A stretch of DNA of 64,000 bases from an uncultured Candidatus Saccharibacteria bacterium (lineage in GTDB: Bacteria > Patescibacteriota > Minisyncoccia > Phycocordibacterales > UBA9973), in assembly GCA_964625065.1 (NCBI GenBank), contig CAZUZL010000004.1, positions 11,040 to 75,039 of the forward strand. Direction: 5' to 3'. The translations under genes were made by a program, and so were the position numbers. Positions 1 through 8,143 of this stretch are shown one piece after another (within the stretch, counting starts at the first letter, position 1; every line of letters begins with the position of its first letter). A model generated the notes under the pieces. The model worked only from the letters and a program-made list of their open reading frames with translations, had not been told where the DNA came from and ran no database searches.

Positions 1-1
1 T

Positions 2-514
2 GAAAACGGTCTACCAGTTTCTGTTGCTGTTTTCCCTATTGGTTCGACCGACATAACCAAGGACATTGCACTTGGCCTAAAGGTACCTTTTGAAGACGCG
101 GACGAAATTAAAAAAGGCCGTATACCACAGGACGTGTCTAAACGTAAACTAGACGACATTATCAGTGCACGTCTAACAGATATATTTGAAATACTAGATG
201 CACATCTGAAAAAAATAAAACGTAGTGGTCTACTACCTTCTGGTATTTACCTAACCGGTGGTGGTATCAAGTTTCCGTTTATAGAAAACGTTGGCAAAGA
301 CACACTACGTCTACCTATACGTACACCAGACCCAGACATATGGGGTAACACTGCAAACAGACTTCCAGATGCAAGTTACTTTGTAGTTGCGTCACTATGT
401 AATACAGAATTTAAAAGCATTGCCGAACCAGATACATTCGACGAAGGCTTTGGCGGTATACTTGCACGCATTAAAAAGTTTTTCAAAGGAATTTTAGCTC
501 AACTAATGCCTTAA
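2..514 (+). CDS. ftsA: Cell division protein FtsA, C-terminal part; gene begins upstream of the window
   Basis: The reading frame is open from nt 2. The translation ENGLPVSVAVFPIGSTDITKDIALGLKVPFEDADEIKKGR...LTGGGIKFPF matches the FtsA C-terminal actin-fold region. It lies immediately upstream of ftsZ. Confidence 0.8.
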   Translation, partial: ENGLPVSVAVFPIGSTDITKDIALGLKVPFEDADEIKKGRIPQDVSKRKLDDIISARLTDIFEILDAHLKKIKRSGLLPSGIYLTGGGIKFPFIENVGKDTLRLPIRTPDPDIWGNTANRLPDASYFVVASLCNTEFKSIAEPDTFDEGFGGILARIKKFFKGILAQLMP

Positions 515-610
515 AAAACAGCACAAAGTTTGCTTTTGTCAACTAGATTTTGCCTTTCATTTTATATTGCCTTATGGTAGAGTGTTTGTATTATAAATGT
601 TTTATGTGAA

Positions 611-1825
611 TTGCTATATTCTATGGGAAAAATCAATCCAGATATCGAAAGTTTCGCACGTATTAAGGTTATTGGTGTTGGTGGGTCAGGTAAAAATGCC
701 TTGAACCACATGATAGATTCAGGCGTTAAAGGCGTTGACTTTATCGTTATGAACACTGATACCCAGGACTTGCACAATTCGCTTGCTGACAAGAAAATAC
801 ACATCGGGCGCAACCTTACTAAGGGTCTAGGTGCTGGTATGAACCCAGAAATCGGCAAACGCGCCGCAGAAGAAACAAAAGCTGAAATACAAGAAGTGTT
901 AAAAGGTGCCGACATGGTGTTTATAGCATGTGGTATGGGTGGTGGTACTGGTACAGGTGCTGCACCTATAGTTGCCCGCGCTGCCAAGGAACAAGGTATA
1001 CTAACCATCGGTGTTGTTACAAAACCATTTTCTTTTGAAGGTAACCAACGTTTGTCATTAGCAGAAAACGGACTTGGCGAACTAGAACAAGAAGTAGATG
1101 CATTGATAGTAATACCAAATGACAGACTACTAACCATTGCATCTAAGGACACTGGTTTCAAACAAGCCTTTGCAATGTGTGACGAAGTACTACGCCAAGC
1201 CGTAGAAGGTATTTCAGAACTTATTATCAACCCTGGTATTATGAACGTCGACTTTGCCGACATTCGTGCCGTGCTACATGACGCAGGTTCTGCATTGATG
1301 GGCGTCGGTATTGCCAGTGGTGAAGACCGCGCTAAAAAGGCTGCTATCGACGCTATAAACAGCCCTCTACTTGATATATCTATAAACGGTGCACGTGGAG
1401 TGTTGATAAACGTTTCAGGTGGCGACGACCTAGGTATACTAGAAGTCCACGAAGCAGCTAAAATTATAACCGAATCTATCGACGCTGAAGCTAAAGTTAT
1501 ATTCGGTATGTCTACCGACGAAAGACTTAAAAAAGGCGAAGTTAAGATTACCGTTATTGCAACTGGCTTCCCTACTTCAATGACTAAAAAACCTTTGTTC
1601 GAACGCAATGCAAACATAGGTTCAGCCCAGGTACTACCACTTAAACGTGAAGCTACTCGCGCAGAAATACAACAACCTATAGTTGCCGAGGAACCCAAAC
1701 CAAGTATTACAACTTCACAAAACGAATACTTGCGTAAAGTAGAAACTCCGGTTATAGACGACGAAAACCCTGAGGAAGACGACTGGTCTGCAGTTCCAGC
1801 ATTCCTACGAAGACAGAAAAAGTAA
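611..1825 (+). CDS. ftsZ: Cell division GTPase FtsZ. The ORF opens with TTG at 611; the ATG at 623 (MGKINPD) is an alternative start.
   Basis: Tubulin signature GGGTGTG in GMGGGTGTGAAPIVA, plus VIGVGGSGKNALNHM and a T7-loop region. Gene order is ftsA-ftsZ. Confidence 0.95.
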   Translation: MLYSMGKINPDIESFARIKVIGVGGSGKNALNHMIDSGVKGVDFIVMNTDTQDLHNSLADKKIHIGRNLTKGLGAGMNPEIGKRAAEETKAEIQEVLKGADMVFIACGMGGGTGTGAAPIVARAAKEQGILTIGVVTKPFSFEGNQRLSLAENGLGELEQEVDALIVIPNDRLLTIASKDTGFKQAFAMCDEVLRQAVEGISELIINPGIMNVDFADIRAVLHDAGSALMGVGIASGEDRAKKAAIDAINSPLLDISINGARGVLINVSGGDDLGILEVHEAAKIITESIDAEAKVIFGMSTDERLKKGEVKITVIATGFPTSMTKKPLFERNANIGSAQVLPLKREATRAEIQQPIVAEEPKPSITTSQNEYLRKVETPVIDDENPEEDDWSAVPAFLRRQKK

Positions 1826-1931
1826 TTACAAGTGAATAGTTTACAGGTTACAGTGAACAGAAAATTTAATTTAAACTGTCCACTATAAACTATAAACTGT
1901 AAGCTGTCGCATAAAAAAACATCTTGTAGAG

Positions 1932-2906
1932 ATGGTTTTTTTATGCGACAATGTACACATGAAAGATTTAATTATTATCGGCGGTGGGCCCGCAGGTGCA
2001 GGTGCAGCAGTATATGCAGCACGCAAACAACTTAACAGTATGCTTATAGCTGGCGAGATTGGTGGCCAGTCTACAGTTTCAGAAGACATACAAAACTGGA
2101 TAGGTAGCCCGCACATTTCCGGTGTCAATTTAGCTAAAAGCCTTGAAGCCCATGTTAACGAATACAAAGGTAACTTTGTTGAGATTAAAAAGGGCCTATG
2201 GGTATACAACATAACTAAAGAAAAAGACGCTGATGGCCACGAGTATTTTACAGTACATACTAAAAACCATTCAGGTGCAGAAGAATCTTTTGACACTAAA
2301 ACAGTATTAGTTACAACAGGTTCTATACGCCGTAAACTACCTGCAATCGATGCAGACAAATTCGAACATAAGGGTGTTACATATTGCGCATCTTGCGACG
2401 GCCCAGTTTTTTCAGGCCAGGATGTAGTTGTAGTTGGTGGTGGCAACGCAGCATTAGAATCTGCAGCACAACTACTGGCATACTGTAAAACAGTAACGCT
2501 TATAAACAGAACTAAAAACTTTAAGGCAGACCCTGTTACTGTAGAAAAAGTTCTAGCCCACAAAAACCTTACACTTATAGAAAACGCAACAATAGTAAAA
2601 GTTAACGGCAATGCATTTGTCGAATCTATCGACTATGTTGTAGAAGGCCAGGAACCTGTTACTCTACCTACAGCCGGCGTTTTTGTAGAAATAGGTCAAC
2701 TACCTAATACAGACTTTGTTAAGGAACTAGTTGACCTAACACAGTTTGGTAACATTATAGTCGACCCAATGCGCCAAATGTCCAGTATGGCCGGTATATG
2801 GGCCGCAGGCGACTGTACAAACGGTTTGTACCACCAGAACAACATTGCCGCCGGCGACGCTGTAAAAGCCCTAGAAGACATCTACCAGTGGGTAAAGAAG
2901 AATTAA
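1932..2906 (+). CDS. trxB: Thioredoxin-disulfide reductase. The alternative start at 1959 (MKDLIIIGGGPAG) is plausible.
   Basis: FAD motif IIGGGPAGAGAA, redox-active CxxC in CASCDGPVF, NADPH motif VVVGGGNAALE and a C-terminal GDCT motif. Confidence 0.9.
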   Translation: MVFLCDNVHMKDLIIIGGGPAGAGAAVYAARKQLNSMLIAGEIGGQSTVSEDIQNWIGSPHISGVNLAKSLEAHVNEYKGNFVEIKKGLWVYNITKEKDADGHEYFTVHTKNHSGAEESFDTKTVLVTTGSIRRKLPAIDADKFEHKGVTYCASCDGPVFSGQDVVVVGGGNAALESAAQLLAYCKTVTLINRTKNFKADPVTVEKVLAHKNLTLIENATIVKVNGNAFVESIDYVVEGQEPVTLPTAGVFVEIGQLPNTDFVKELVDLTQFGNIIVDPMRQMSSMAGIWAAGDCTNGLYHQNNIAAGDAVKALEDIYQWVKKN

Positions 2907-2942
2907 AAAAAAGCCCCAGTAACCTAATACTGGGGCTTTATG
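2905..2942. terminator. Bidirectional rho-independent terminator between the convergent trxB and LigT-like gene
   Basis: Hairpin gccccagta-acctaa-tactggggc flanked by an A-run and a T-run. A near-identical copy lies at 3631-3666. Confidence 0.7.
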
Positions 2943-2954
2943 TTTTTCATAATA

Positions 2955-3497
2955 TTACTGTCCGCATAACTGTATCGGTATGGGTGCATTATATTTACCC
3001 GTGCCTTGGTCAAATATAAACAGATTAATTTCTGAAACGTTAAACGCTTGTGGTAAATCCAAACCAGATGTTACTTTTCTTAAACCGGACTTAATCTCAC
3101 GATTTGAAATGTTATCAGACATCTTAGCCACCCAAATACATGGGTCATAAATGAGATTTTTTTTCTCACGAGGGTCGTTAAACATTCCTAACGAATTTTC
3201 CATCTTTTGATTTAGTTCTAGTAATTCTTCTGATTTAACAGATATTCCGAAGAAAGCAATAGTGGCTTTTACTTCCGACAAATTAATAGAAAATGGTGAT
3301 ACCGTGTTTGCAATAGAGCGAACAATGGATTCGACAAGTATATTGTCACTATTGATATCAGTATTATTTTGGCCCCATTTTACTGTAATACTACGTTCAA
3401 AATCAGAAGTTTCAAAATGTTCTGATAGTCCTTTTACAGCTTGGTCTATCTTGTTTTTTAATTCGTCATTAATTTTTATGGCTATTGAATATTTCAT
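2955..3497 (-). CDS. 2H phosphoesterase (LigT/ThpR-like) paralog with both catalytic His motifs degenerate
   Basis: It aligns along its length to the downstream paralog at 3673-4305. The positions of HITLK and HITVS read SITVKW and DPCIWVAKM here. Confidence 0.6.
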   Translation of the reverse strand: MKYSIAIKINDELKNKIDQAVKGLSEHFETSDFERSITVKWGQNNTDINSDNILVESIVRSIANTVSPFSINLSEVKATIAFFGISVKSEELLELNQKMENSLGMFNDPREKKNLIYDPCIWVAKMSDNISNREIKSGLRKVTSGLDLPQAFNVSEINLFIFDQGTGKYNAPIPIQLCGQ

Positions 3498-3630
3498 GTT
3501 ATTTGGACTGGTTTAAAGGTGCTTGGTATTATTTTCTTTCTTGTATTATACACCTATTTTACTGAAAAGTCAATATATACCCAGGCATGCAAAAACCACT
3601 ATAAATCAATGCTTCCCGGGCGGAAGAATT

Positions 3631-3666
3631 AAAAAAAAGCCCCAGTAACCTAATACTGGAGCTTTT
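3631..3666. terminator. Terminator hairpin that duplicates the one at 2905-2942
   Basis: About 37 bp, gaagaattaaaaaaaagccccagtaacctaatactgg, are identical at 2896-2940 and 3622-3660. The stem carries one G-to-A change. Confidence 0.6.
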
Positions 3667-3672
3667 AAATAT

Positions 3673-4305
3673 TTATTCACTATCTTCTACCTTTTCATAG
3701 AAATTAGCGTTCCATGGGGCTGAAGTTGTTTCAACATCTTCCTGCATTTCACAAGATATAGGCATTGCATACGGTTCTAACGGTATGTCTATTGTCTTGT
3801 CATACATATTAGTCACATCGTTAAACAAGAATATACAAATTTCTGTCACTGCGAAACTTTTAGGAAGGCCCAAACTAGTAGCCACCGTTTTCTCTACTTC
3901 CTTAATTTTTGGCAAAGTAATATTATCTGATATTTTTGAAACTGTAATATGTGGATTGTAATTATTAAAATCATAATTCTTAACTTCACGATTGTTAAAC
4001 TTTTCCAATGAACGTGCAAAATTTGCATTAAGTTCATGTAGAACTTTTGATTTAGCTGAAATTACAAGATGAGATTCGCCAAACATTTTTACATCTGTCA
4101 TAGAAACTACAAAGGGGTGGAAAGTATTTGCCACTGACCGCACTATAGATTCTATAAGTAAAATGTCTTCGTTATTTTGAGGACCTTTCAACGTAATGTG
4201 TGGCTCTAGTCTAGATTTTACAAAATTATCTGATAGGCCTGTAACGGTTTCAGAAATCTGATCTACAATACTTTTGGGTAATTTTATTCCTATAAAATAT
4301 TTCAT
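3673..4305 (-). CDS. 2H phosphoesterase, 2'-5' RNA ligase (LigT/ThpR) family, with intact catalytic motifs
   Basis: Two H-x-T/S-x motifs, EPHITLKGPQ and YNPHITVSKIS, are separated by about 90 aa. Its length, about 210 aa, is typical of the family. Confidence 0.65.
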   Translation of the reverse strand: MKYFIGIKLPKSIVDQISETVTGLSDNFVKSRLEPHITLKGPQNNEDILLIESIVRSVANTFHPFVVSMTDVKMFGESHLVISAKSKVLHELNANFARSLEKFNNREVKNYDFNNYNPHITVSKISDNITLPKIKEVEKTVATSLGLPKSFAVTEICIFLFNDVTNMYDKTIDIPLEPYAMPISCEMQEDVETTSAPWNANFYEKVEDSE

Positions 4306-4418
4306 TGTTTGTGGGGTTTTTTAATGTGCTTGGTATTTTGTTTATTATTCATATCATAACAGAAAAGACGTATTGTGTCAAACCATATTCTCAAAGGACT
4401 GAGTTTTGGTTTAATTAC

Positions 4419-4449
4419 AAAAAAATCCTTAGTATTTACTAAGGATTTT
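4419..4449. terminator. Rho-independent terminator of the gene at 4470-5093
   Basis: Hairpin atccttagta-ttt-actaaggat followed by a T-run. Confidence 0.6.
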
Positions 4450-4469
4450 AATATTTCAAAATTTGAACT

Positions 4470-5093
4470 TTATTTTTTCATAACTGTAGGAATTTGTTCA
4501 AGAAATTCTGGCAACCACTCTGCGTCGAACCAATATAAAAATGATTTATACACCCCTGTTACCAATTCTGAAATCTTTACAATGTTTATTTCATCGGTAT
4601 GATCAAACGCCTCAAGCATAGCAGCGATTTTTTCTATAAAATACTTAAATGTATCTAATAGTGTCGGCACAACAGGTGTATTTAATTGCTTTATTGCAAT
4701 ATTCGCTATCATATCTTCATCTGTTGGTTTTTCGATCATAGGAAACATATATTCTTTAAAGCCAACAGAATGTGCAATAGAAAGCATGTTTACAATCATT
4801 TTTAGCAAAGCTTTTTTAGAGTCTAGTGCTAAATTTCCCAGTTCATTATCTGGGGTAGTAACCCACTGAATACGTCCAATATCAATTTTTTCTTGGGGTA
4901 AAGCCATGTCGATTTTGTTTACTGATTTAAGCATATGCAATAAACCATGTTTAAGGGCAAATACTAATTTGTCTTTATCAGTATTTAATCTGGCCATTGC
5001 CGGGTAGTTTTGTACATTGTACACGTAGTGTTCATTTACATAAGTAAATGCATCGATAAAATCATTGATCTTGAGGGGTTGTGTTGTGTTCAT
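4470..5093 (-). CDS. Hypothetical protein
   Basis: A 207-aa ORF bounded by a terminator and a promoter region. No motif recognised. Confidence 0.5.
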   Translation of the reverse strand: MNTTQPLKINDFIDAFTYVNEHYVYNVQNYPAMARLNTDKDKLVFALKHGLLHMLKSVNKIDMALPQEKIDIGRIQWVTTPDNELGNLALDSKKALLKMIVNMLSIAHSVGFKEYMFPMIEKPTDEDMIANIAIKQLNTPVVPTLLDTFKYFIEKIAAMLEAFDHTDEINIVKISELVTGVYKSFLYWFDAEWLPEFLEQIPTVMKK

Positions 5094-5223
5094 TTGTTTG
5101 GTGTTAAGGTGTGAATATTTAATTTTCTACCCCTACCCTAACAAAAAACATTTGACAGGTCAAGCTTTTGTTGTTATTGTTATTTTAAATATTTTGATCC
5201 TAAAACATTTAATTTTATAAATT

Positions 5224-5628
5224 ATGTCTACACAATTTCTTTCAGTATCGAACCCCTGGAAAACAGTTACATCTATTTTCTGCTGTATAACGCTTACAGC
5301 TATTCCAATCTTCTTTAAAGAATGGTTCTGGCATCCGAATCTTTCCTTAATCTTTACGATGCCAGCACTGTCTGTCACCTTTTTTAATTTCAAAGAGTTT
5401 AATTTTAATTCAATTAATTATTCTGTTGTTGTAATAGGAATATTGAATCTTTTTCTGAACTTGTTTGCAATATTATTTTCAGACAGTTACGCGAGCCCTG
5501 CATCTGATAGATATTGGCTCTATTATGCAGACGTTTTGCACCCAATAATAGCATTCATACTACTATTTGGCATTGCGGAAAGACATTGCAGACAAAAGCA
5601 AAATATTCAGGAACTTTTTACAATATAA
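5224..5628 (+). CDS. Hypothetical hydrophobic or membrane protein
   Basis: Hydrophobic ORF ending just before the bidirectional terminator at 5651-5679. It overlaps the antisense ORF 5160-5393. Confidence 0.3.
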   Translation: MSTQFLSVSNPWKTVTSIFCCITLTAIPIFFKEWFWHPNLSLIFTMPALSVTFFNFKEFNFNSINYSVVVIGILNLFLNLFAILFSDSYASPASDRYWLYYADVLHPIIAFILLFGIAERHCRQKQNIQELFTI

Positions 5629-5650
5629 AAAGACATTCCTTAAACTAAAC

Positions 5651-5679
5651 AAAAAGCCTCGAAATATGAGGCTTTTTTT
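5651..5679. terminator. Bidirectional terminator
   Basis: Hairpin gcctc-gaaatat-gaggc with A and T runs on both sides. Confidence 0.65.
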
Positions 5680-6112
5680 ATTGATGTTTATGGTATTTTT
5701 CGTCTTCTTCGATTTTTTTCTCGATGCGGTTTAGTTGTTCTTCTATGTGCTCTAGTGCGTATTCTTCTTTTTGTTCTTCTACTTTAATTTCTTCTTCAGT
5801 TTGTTCAGTAACTTTTTTAGAACGGCGTAGACCGGACATTATTATCATGTCACCCACAAACATAGACACAAACAAACCTATTAACAACAACCCCCATGTA
5901 GCCCAAGTAGCCGACACAAACGGGTGGAAAAGAAAACCTAATACCCCACCCTCACTTTCTAGCAGGTCTGCTGTATGCCATATACCACGCCATAGCAATA
6001 CCAAAAACACACTGCCAATTAAGGAATAAAATATGGGGTATTTAGACAAATGCCCACGAATATTGTCCTCGAGTTTATCAAAAAAATTTGAAGCATTTTT
6101 ATACAATGACAT
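5678..6112 (-). CDS. Hypothetical membrane protein (2-3 TM helices) with a Glu/Lys-rich C-terminal tail
   Basis: Hydrophobic segments followed by the charged tail EEQKEEYALEHIEEQLNRIEKKIEEDEKY. Confidence 0.5.
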   Translation of the reverse strand: MSLYKNASNFFDKLEDNIRGHLSKYPIFYSLIGSVFLVLLWRGIWHTADLLESEGGVLGFLFHPFVSATWATWGLLLIGLFVSMFVGDMIIMSGLRRSKKVTEQTEEEIKVEEQKEEYALEHIEEQLNRIEKKIEEDEKYHKHQ

Positions 6113-6185
6113 AGGTATATTATAGCATTTTATTATTCAAAACAAATTATTGACTAAATATAAAAACGAGTGATAAAATTATATT

Positions 6186-6572
6186 ATGAAAGATTTTGGA
6201 ACTTGGAATAAAGAAAAAATAAACCTTGAAGATACTGGGCACGAAGACCTCTCTTTCCATGAAAGAGAAATATGGTGGTGTTCAATTGGACTTAACATTG
6301 GCGACGAACAAGACGGTAAAAATGAATTATTCGAAAGACCCGTATTAATAATTAAAAAATTTAACAAAAGACTGGCGTGGGCATTACCTATGAGTACAAA
6401 GAAAAAAGATGGTATATACTATCACAATATTGAACATGACGGTAAAATATTTTCAGTTATGTTGTCACAATTAAGGCTATTAAGCACAAAAAGATTTCAC
6501 CGTTATCTTAGAAAAATATCGCCAAATCAGTTTTCCATAATTCAAGATAAATTAATTAAATTGATAAAGTAA
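6186..6572 (+). CDS. PemK/MazF-family endoribonuclease toxin-like protein; no cognate antitoxin gene is adjacent
   Basis: REIWWCSIGLNIGDEQDGKNELFERPVLIIKKFN...LAWALPMST parallels the Kid/PemK core GEIW-x-DP-x-G-HEQ-x-G-x-RP-x-L-I. The -10-like box TAAAAT lies 6 nt before the ATG. Confidence 0.55.
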   Translation: MKDFGTWNKEKINLEDTGHEDLSFHEREIWWCSIGLNIGDEQDGKNELFERPVLIIKKFNKRLAWALPMSTKKKDGIYYHNIEHDGKIFSVMLSQLRLLSTKRFHRYLRKISPNQFSIIQDKLIKLIK

Positions 6573-6582
6573 TAAAACAAAC

Positions 6583-6605
6583 GAAGCCCCCTTGCGGGGG
6601 GCTTC
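6583..6605 (+). terminator. Rho-independent terminator after the PemK-like gene
   Basis: Hairpin gaagccccc-ttgc-gggggcttc. Confidence 0.65.
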
Positions 6606-6693
6606 TCGGTTGGCCTAATGGCCATTTGTACATACATTATATACCTAACATATTTTTTGTCAACAAGCTCTAAAATTCCCAGTGTGCAGGTCT

Positions 6694-6727
6694 GCCGTTT
6701 AATGGAACGTCCGGCTGACACGATTCC
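6694..6727. repeat. Palindromic dispersed repeat, copy A (intergenic)
   Basis: gccgtttaatggaacgtccggctgacacgattcc shares the hairpin plus acacgattc core with copies at 14727-14771, 29182-29300 and 54746-54790. Confidence 0.55.
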
Positions 6728-6892
6728 CGGGTGTCGAACACCTGGGTTATCCACATGTTTGGTGTGTTTTACCCTAAGTCGGACTTAGGGCTATATTTTT
6801 ATGGGGTTTTTGCACAGACTCTTTTCTTTTTTAAAAAAATGTGCTATATATGTATGGTTGCTGTGGTGGTGCGTACCGCAGAACGAGCGTTT

Positions 6893-6964
6893 GGCTCTAT
6901 CGTCTAATGGTTAGGACACGGCCTTTTCAAGGCTGTAATCGGGGTTCGATTCCCCGTAGAGTCA
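6893..6964 (+). tRNA. tRNA-Glu (anticodon UUC)
   Basis: Cloverleaf by hand. Acceptor GGCTCTA/TAGAGTC with one G-U pair, D arm GTCTAATGGTTAGGAC, anticodon stem CGGCC/GGCTG with loop TTTTCAA, T arm GGGGTTCGATTCCCC. It closely resembles E. coli tRNA-Glu. No CCA is encoded. Confidence 0.85.
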
Positions 6965-7277
6965 CACAAGCATGTAAATGCAAACTGCTTTGCATTTACA
7001 GCGAAGTGTGAAGGCACAGCGATGTGTTTTGGAGCACTACGACAAAACACCGCGAGCCGGGGTCGCGAACACTTATATAGAATTTGAACGCAGTGAAAAA
7101 TTATATTTAGTGATTCGTGACACACAAAACAAGAAATTCTATTTCGAACACACCGAAAAGGTATACAGCGTCTGTAAGACGAGATTCCCAGTAGCATGAG
7201 TAAATTTAGGGACTCGTGTTATATAAATTAACAATAGCGCATTTAGTATCCGAATAAGTATTAATATATTACAAAAG

Positions 7278-8111
7278 CTATTTAGTATTTTCTACAGTTT
7301 TTAAATTTTCCTCAAAATTTTCTAATAGATCTAATGAATTTAAATCAATATTTTTGAATGCACTGAAGGCATCTTTTTCAGATATTTTATGTGAAATAAC
7401 ACGTGCATTTAATGTTACTACAGAAAGCAATAAATCAATTGTCTTACTAGTAGTGCTTTTATCTTTTTCTAAGTTTACTGACTTTAAAAAGTTTTGGAAT
7501 TTTGTGTTTGAGTATGATTCACTAATGAATTCATCCACTGAACTTAAGCCATAGTGATTATCTATTTCCTCTTTAGGAATATTATCTAAAACTGTTTGAA
7601 AAAGATGCCTATATTTGTTATGTATTGGTAACTTATGAATAGTATTTTTTATTTCAGTGATTGCATAAATCATATTTACGCCTGAAGAAATATCTGCACC
7701 CCTAAAAACGTGATGAAAAAGTTCATGAAGTATTGTTGCATAGAAGTCCCCAACTTCTGCTACATTGGCATATGTACCATCTATTTGCAATGTCTTTCTT
7801 GATGCACTATATCGTGCCATTGTATGATAAAGTTTATCTTGTTTTAAATCACCCAAGTAATCTATTGATTTAAAAACCACCTTAATATCTTTAAGGTTAC
7901 TTAATCCCTTGATTTTTGAAAAAACTTTTTCAAAACCAGCATTAGTTTCAACAGACGATAGTTTATCTATTAATTCCTCAGCGTTCTTTACATTTGCGAT
8001 ACCTAATATAAATATTAGTGGTTCATACGGATTATTCTTTATTTCATCTAGAATTCTTTGTTTTTCAATTCCTTTATTAAAGTTGTTGCTGTTTTCAAGG
8101 TTCATATTCAT
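7278..8111 (-). CDS. Hypothetical protein with an HExxH zinc-metallopeptidase-like motif, in an AT-rich islet beside tRNA-Glu
   Basis: HELFHH motif. GC content is markedly lower than in the flanking genes. It lies between tRNA-Glu and pyk. Confidence 0.5.
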   Translation of the reverse strand: MNMNLENSNNFNKGIEKQRILDEIKNNPYEPLIFILGIANVKNAEELIDKLSSVETNAGFEKVFSKIKGLSNLKDIKVVFKSIDYLGDLKQDKLYHTMARYSASRKTLQIDGTYANVAEVGDFYATILHELFHHVFRGADISSGVNMIYAITEIKNTIHKLPIHNKYRHLFQTVLDNIPKEEIDNHYGLSSVDEFISESYSNTKFQNFLKSVNLEKDKSTTSKTIDLLLSVVTLNARVISHKISEKDAFSAFKNIDLNSLDLLENFEENLKTVENTK

Positions 8112-8143
8112 ATTGTAACATTTTTGAACTATCTTTATACTCC

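Noticed and set aside
134-514. ORF-track entry 134-514 treated as a separate 126-aa gene
   Set aside because: The frame is open from nt 2 and the upstream translation is contiguous FtsA sequence. The entry is the C-terminal part of ftsA, not an independent gene.
6542-6754. 70-aa minus-strand ORF overlapping the structured intergenic region
   Set aside because: It overlaps the hairpin-rich repeat region. It has no promoter or start context, and its translation is Arg/Gly-rich as expected from GC-rich palindromes.
6600-6890. Possible SRP RNA or tmRNA in the structured intergenic region before tRNA-Glu
   Set aside because: No match to the SRP domain IV consensus (AGGUCCGGAAGGAAGCAGC), and none to tmRNA 5'/3' tRNA-like ends or the tag-ORF pattern. 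The most conserved part is instead the dispersed repeat core that also occurs inside tsaD and leuS.
6965-8143. Integrase or recombinase that would define the tRNA-Glu-adjacent islet as a genomic island
   Set aside because: No integrase-like ORF and no clear direct repeat of the tRNA 3' end were found. Only the compositional shift and the HExxH gene support an islet, so it is reported as a low-confidence remnant.
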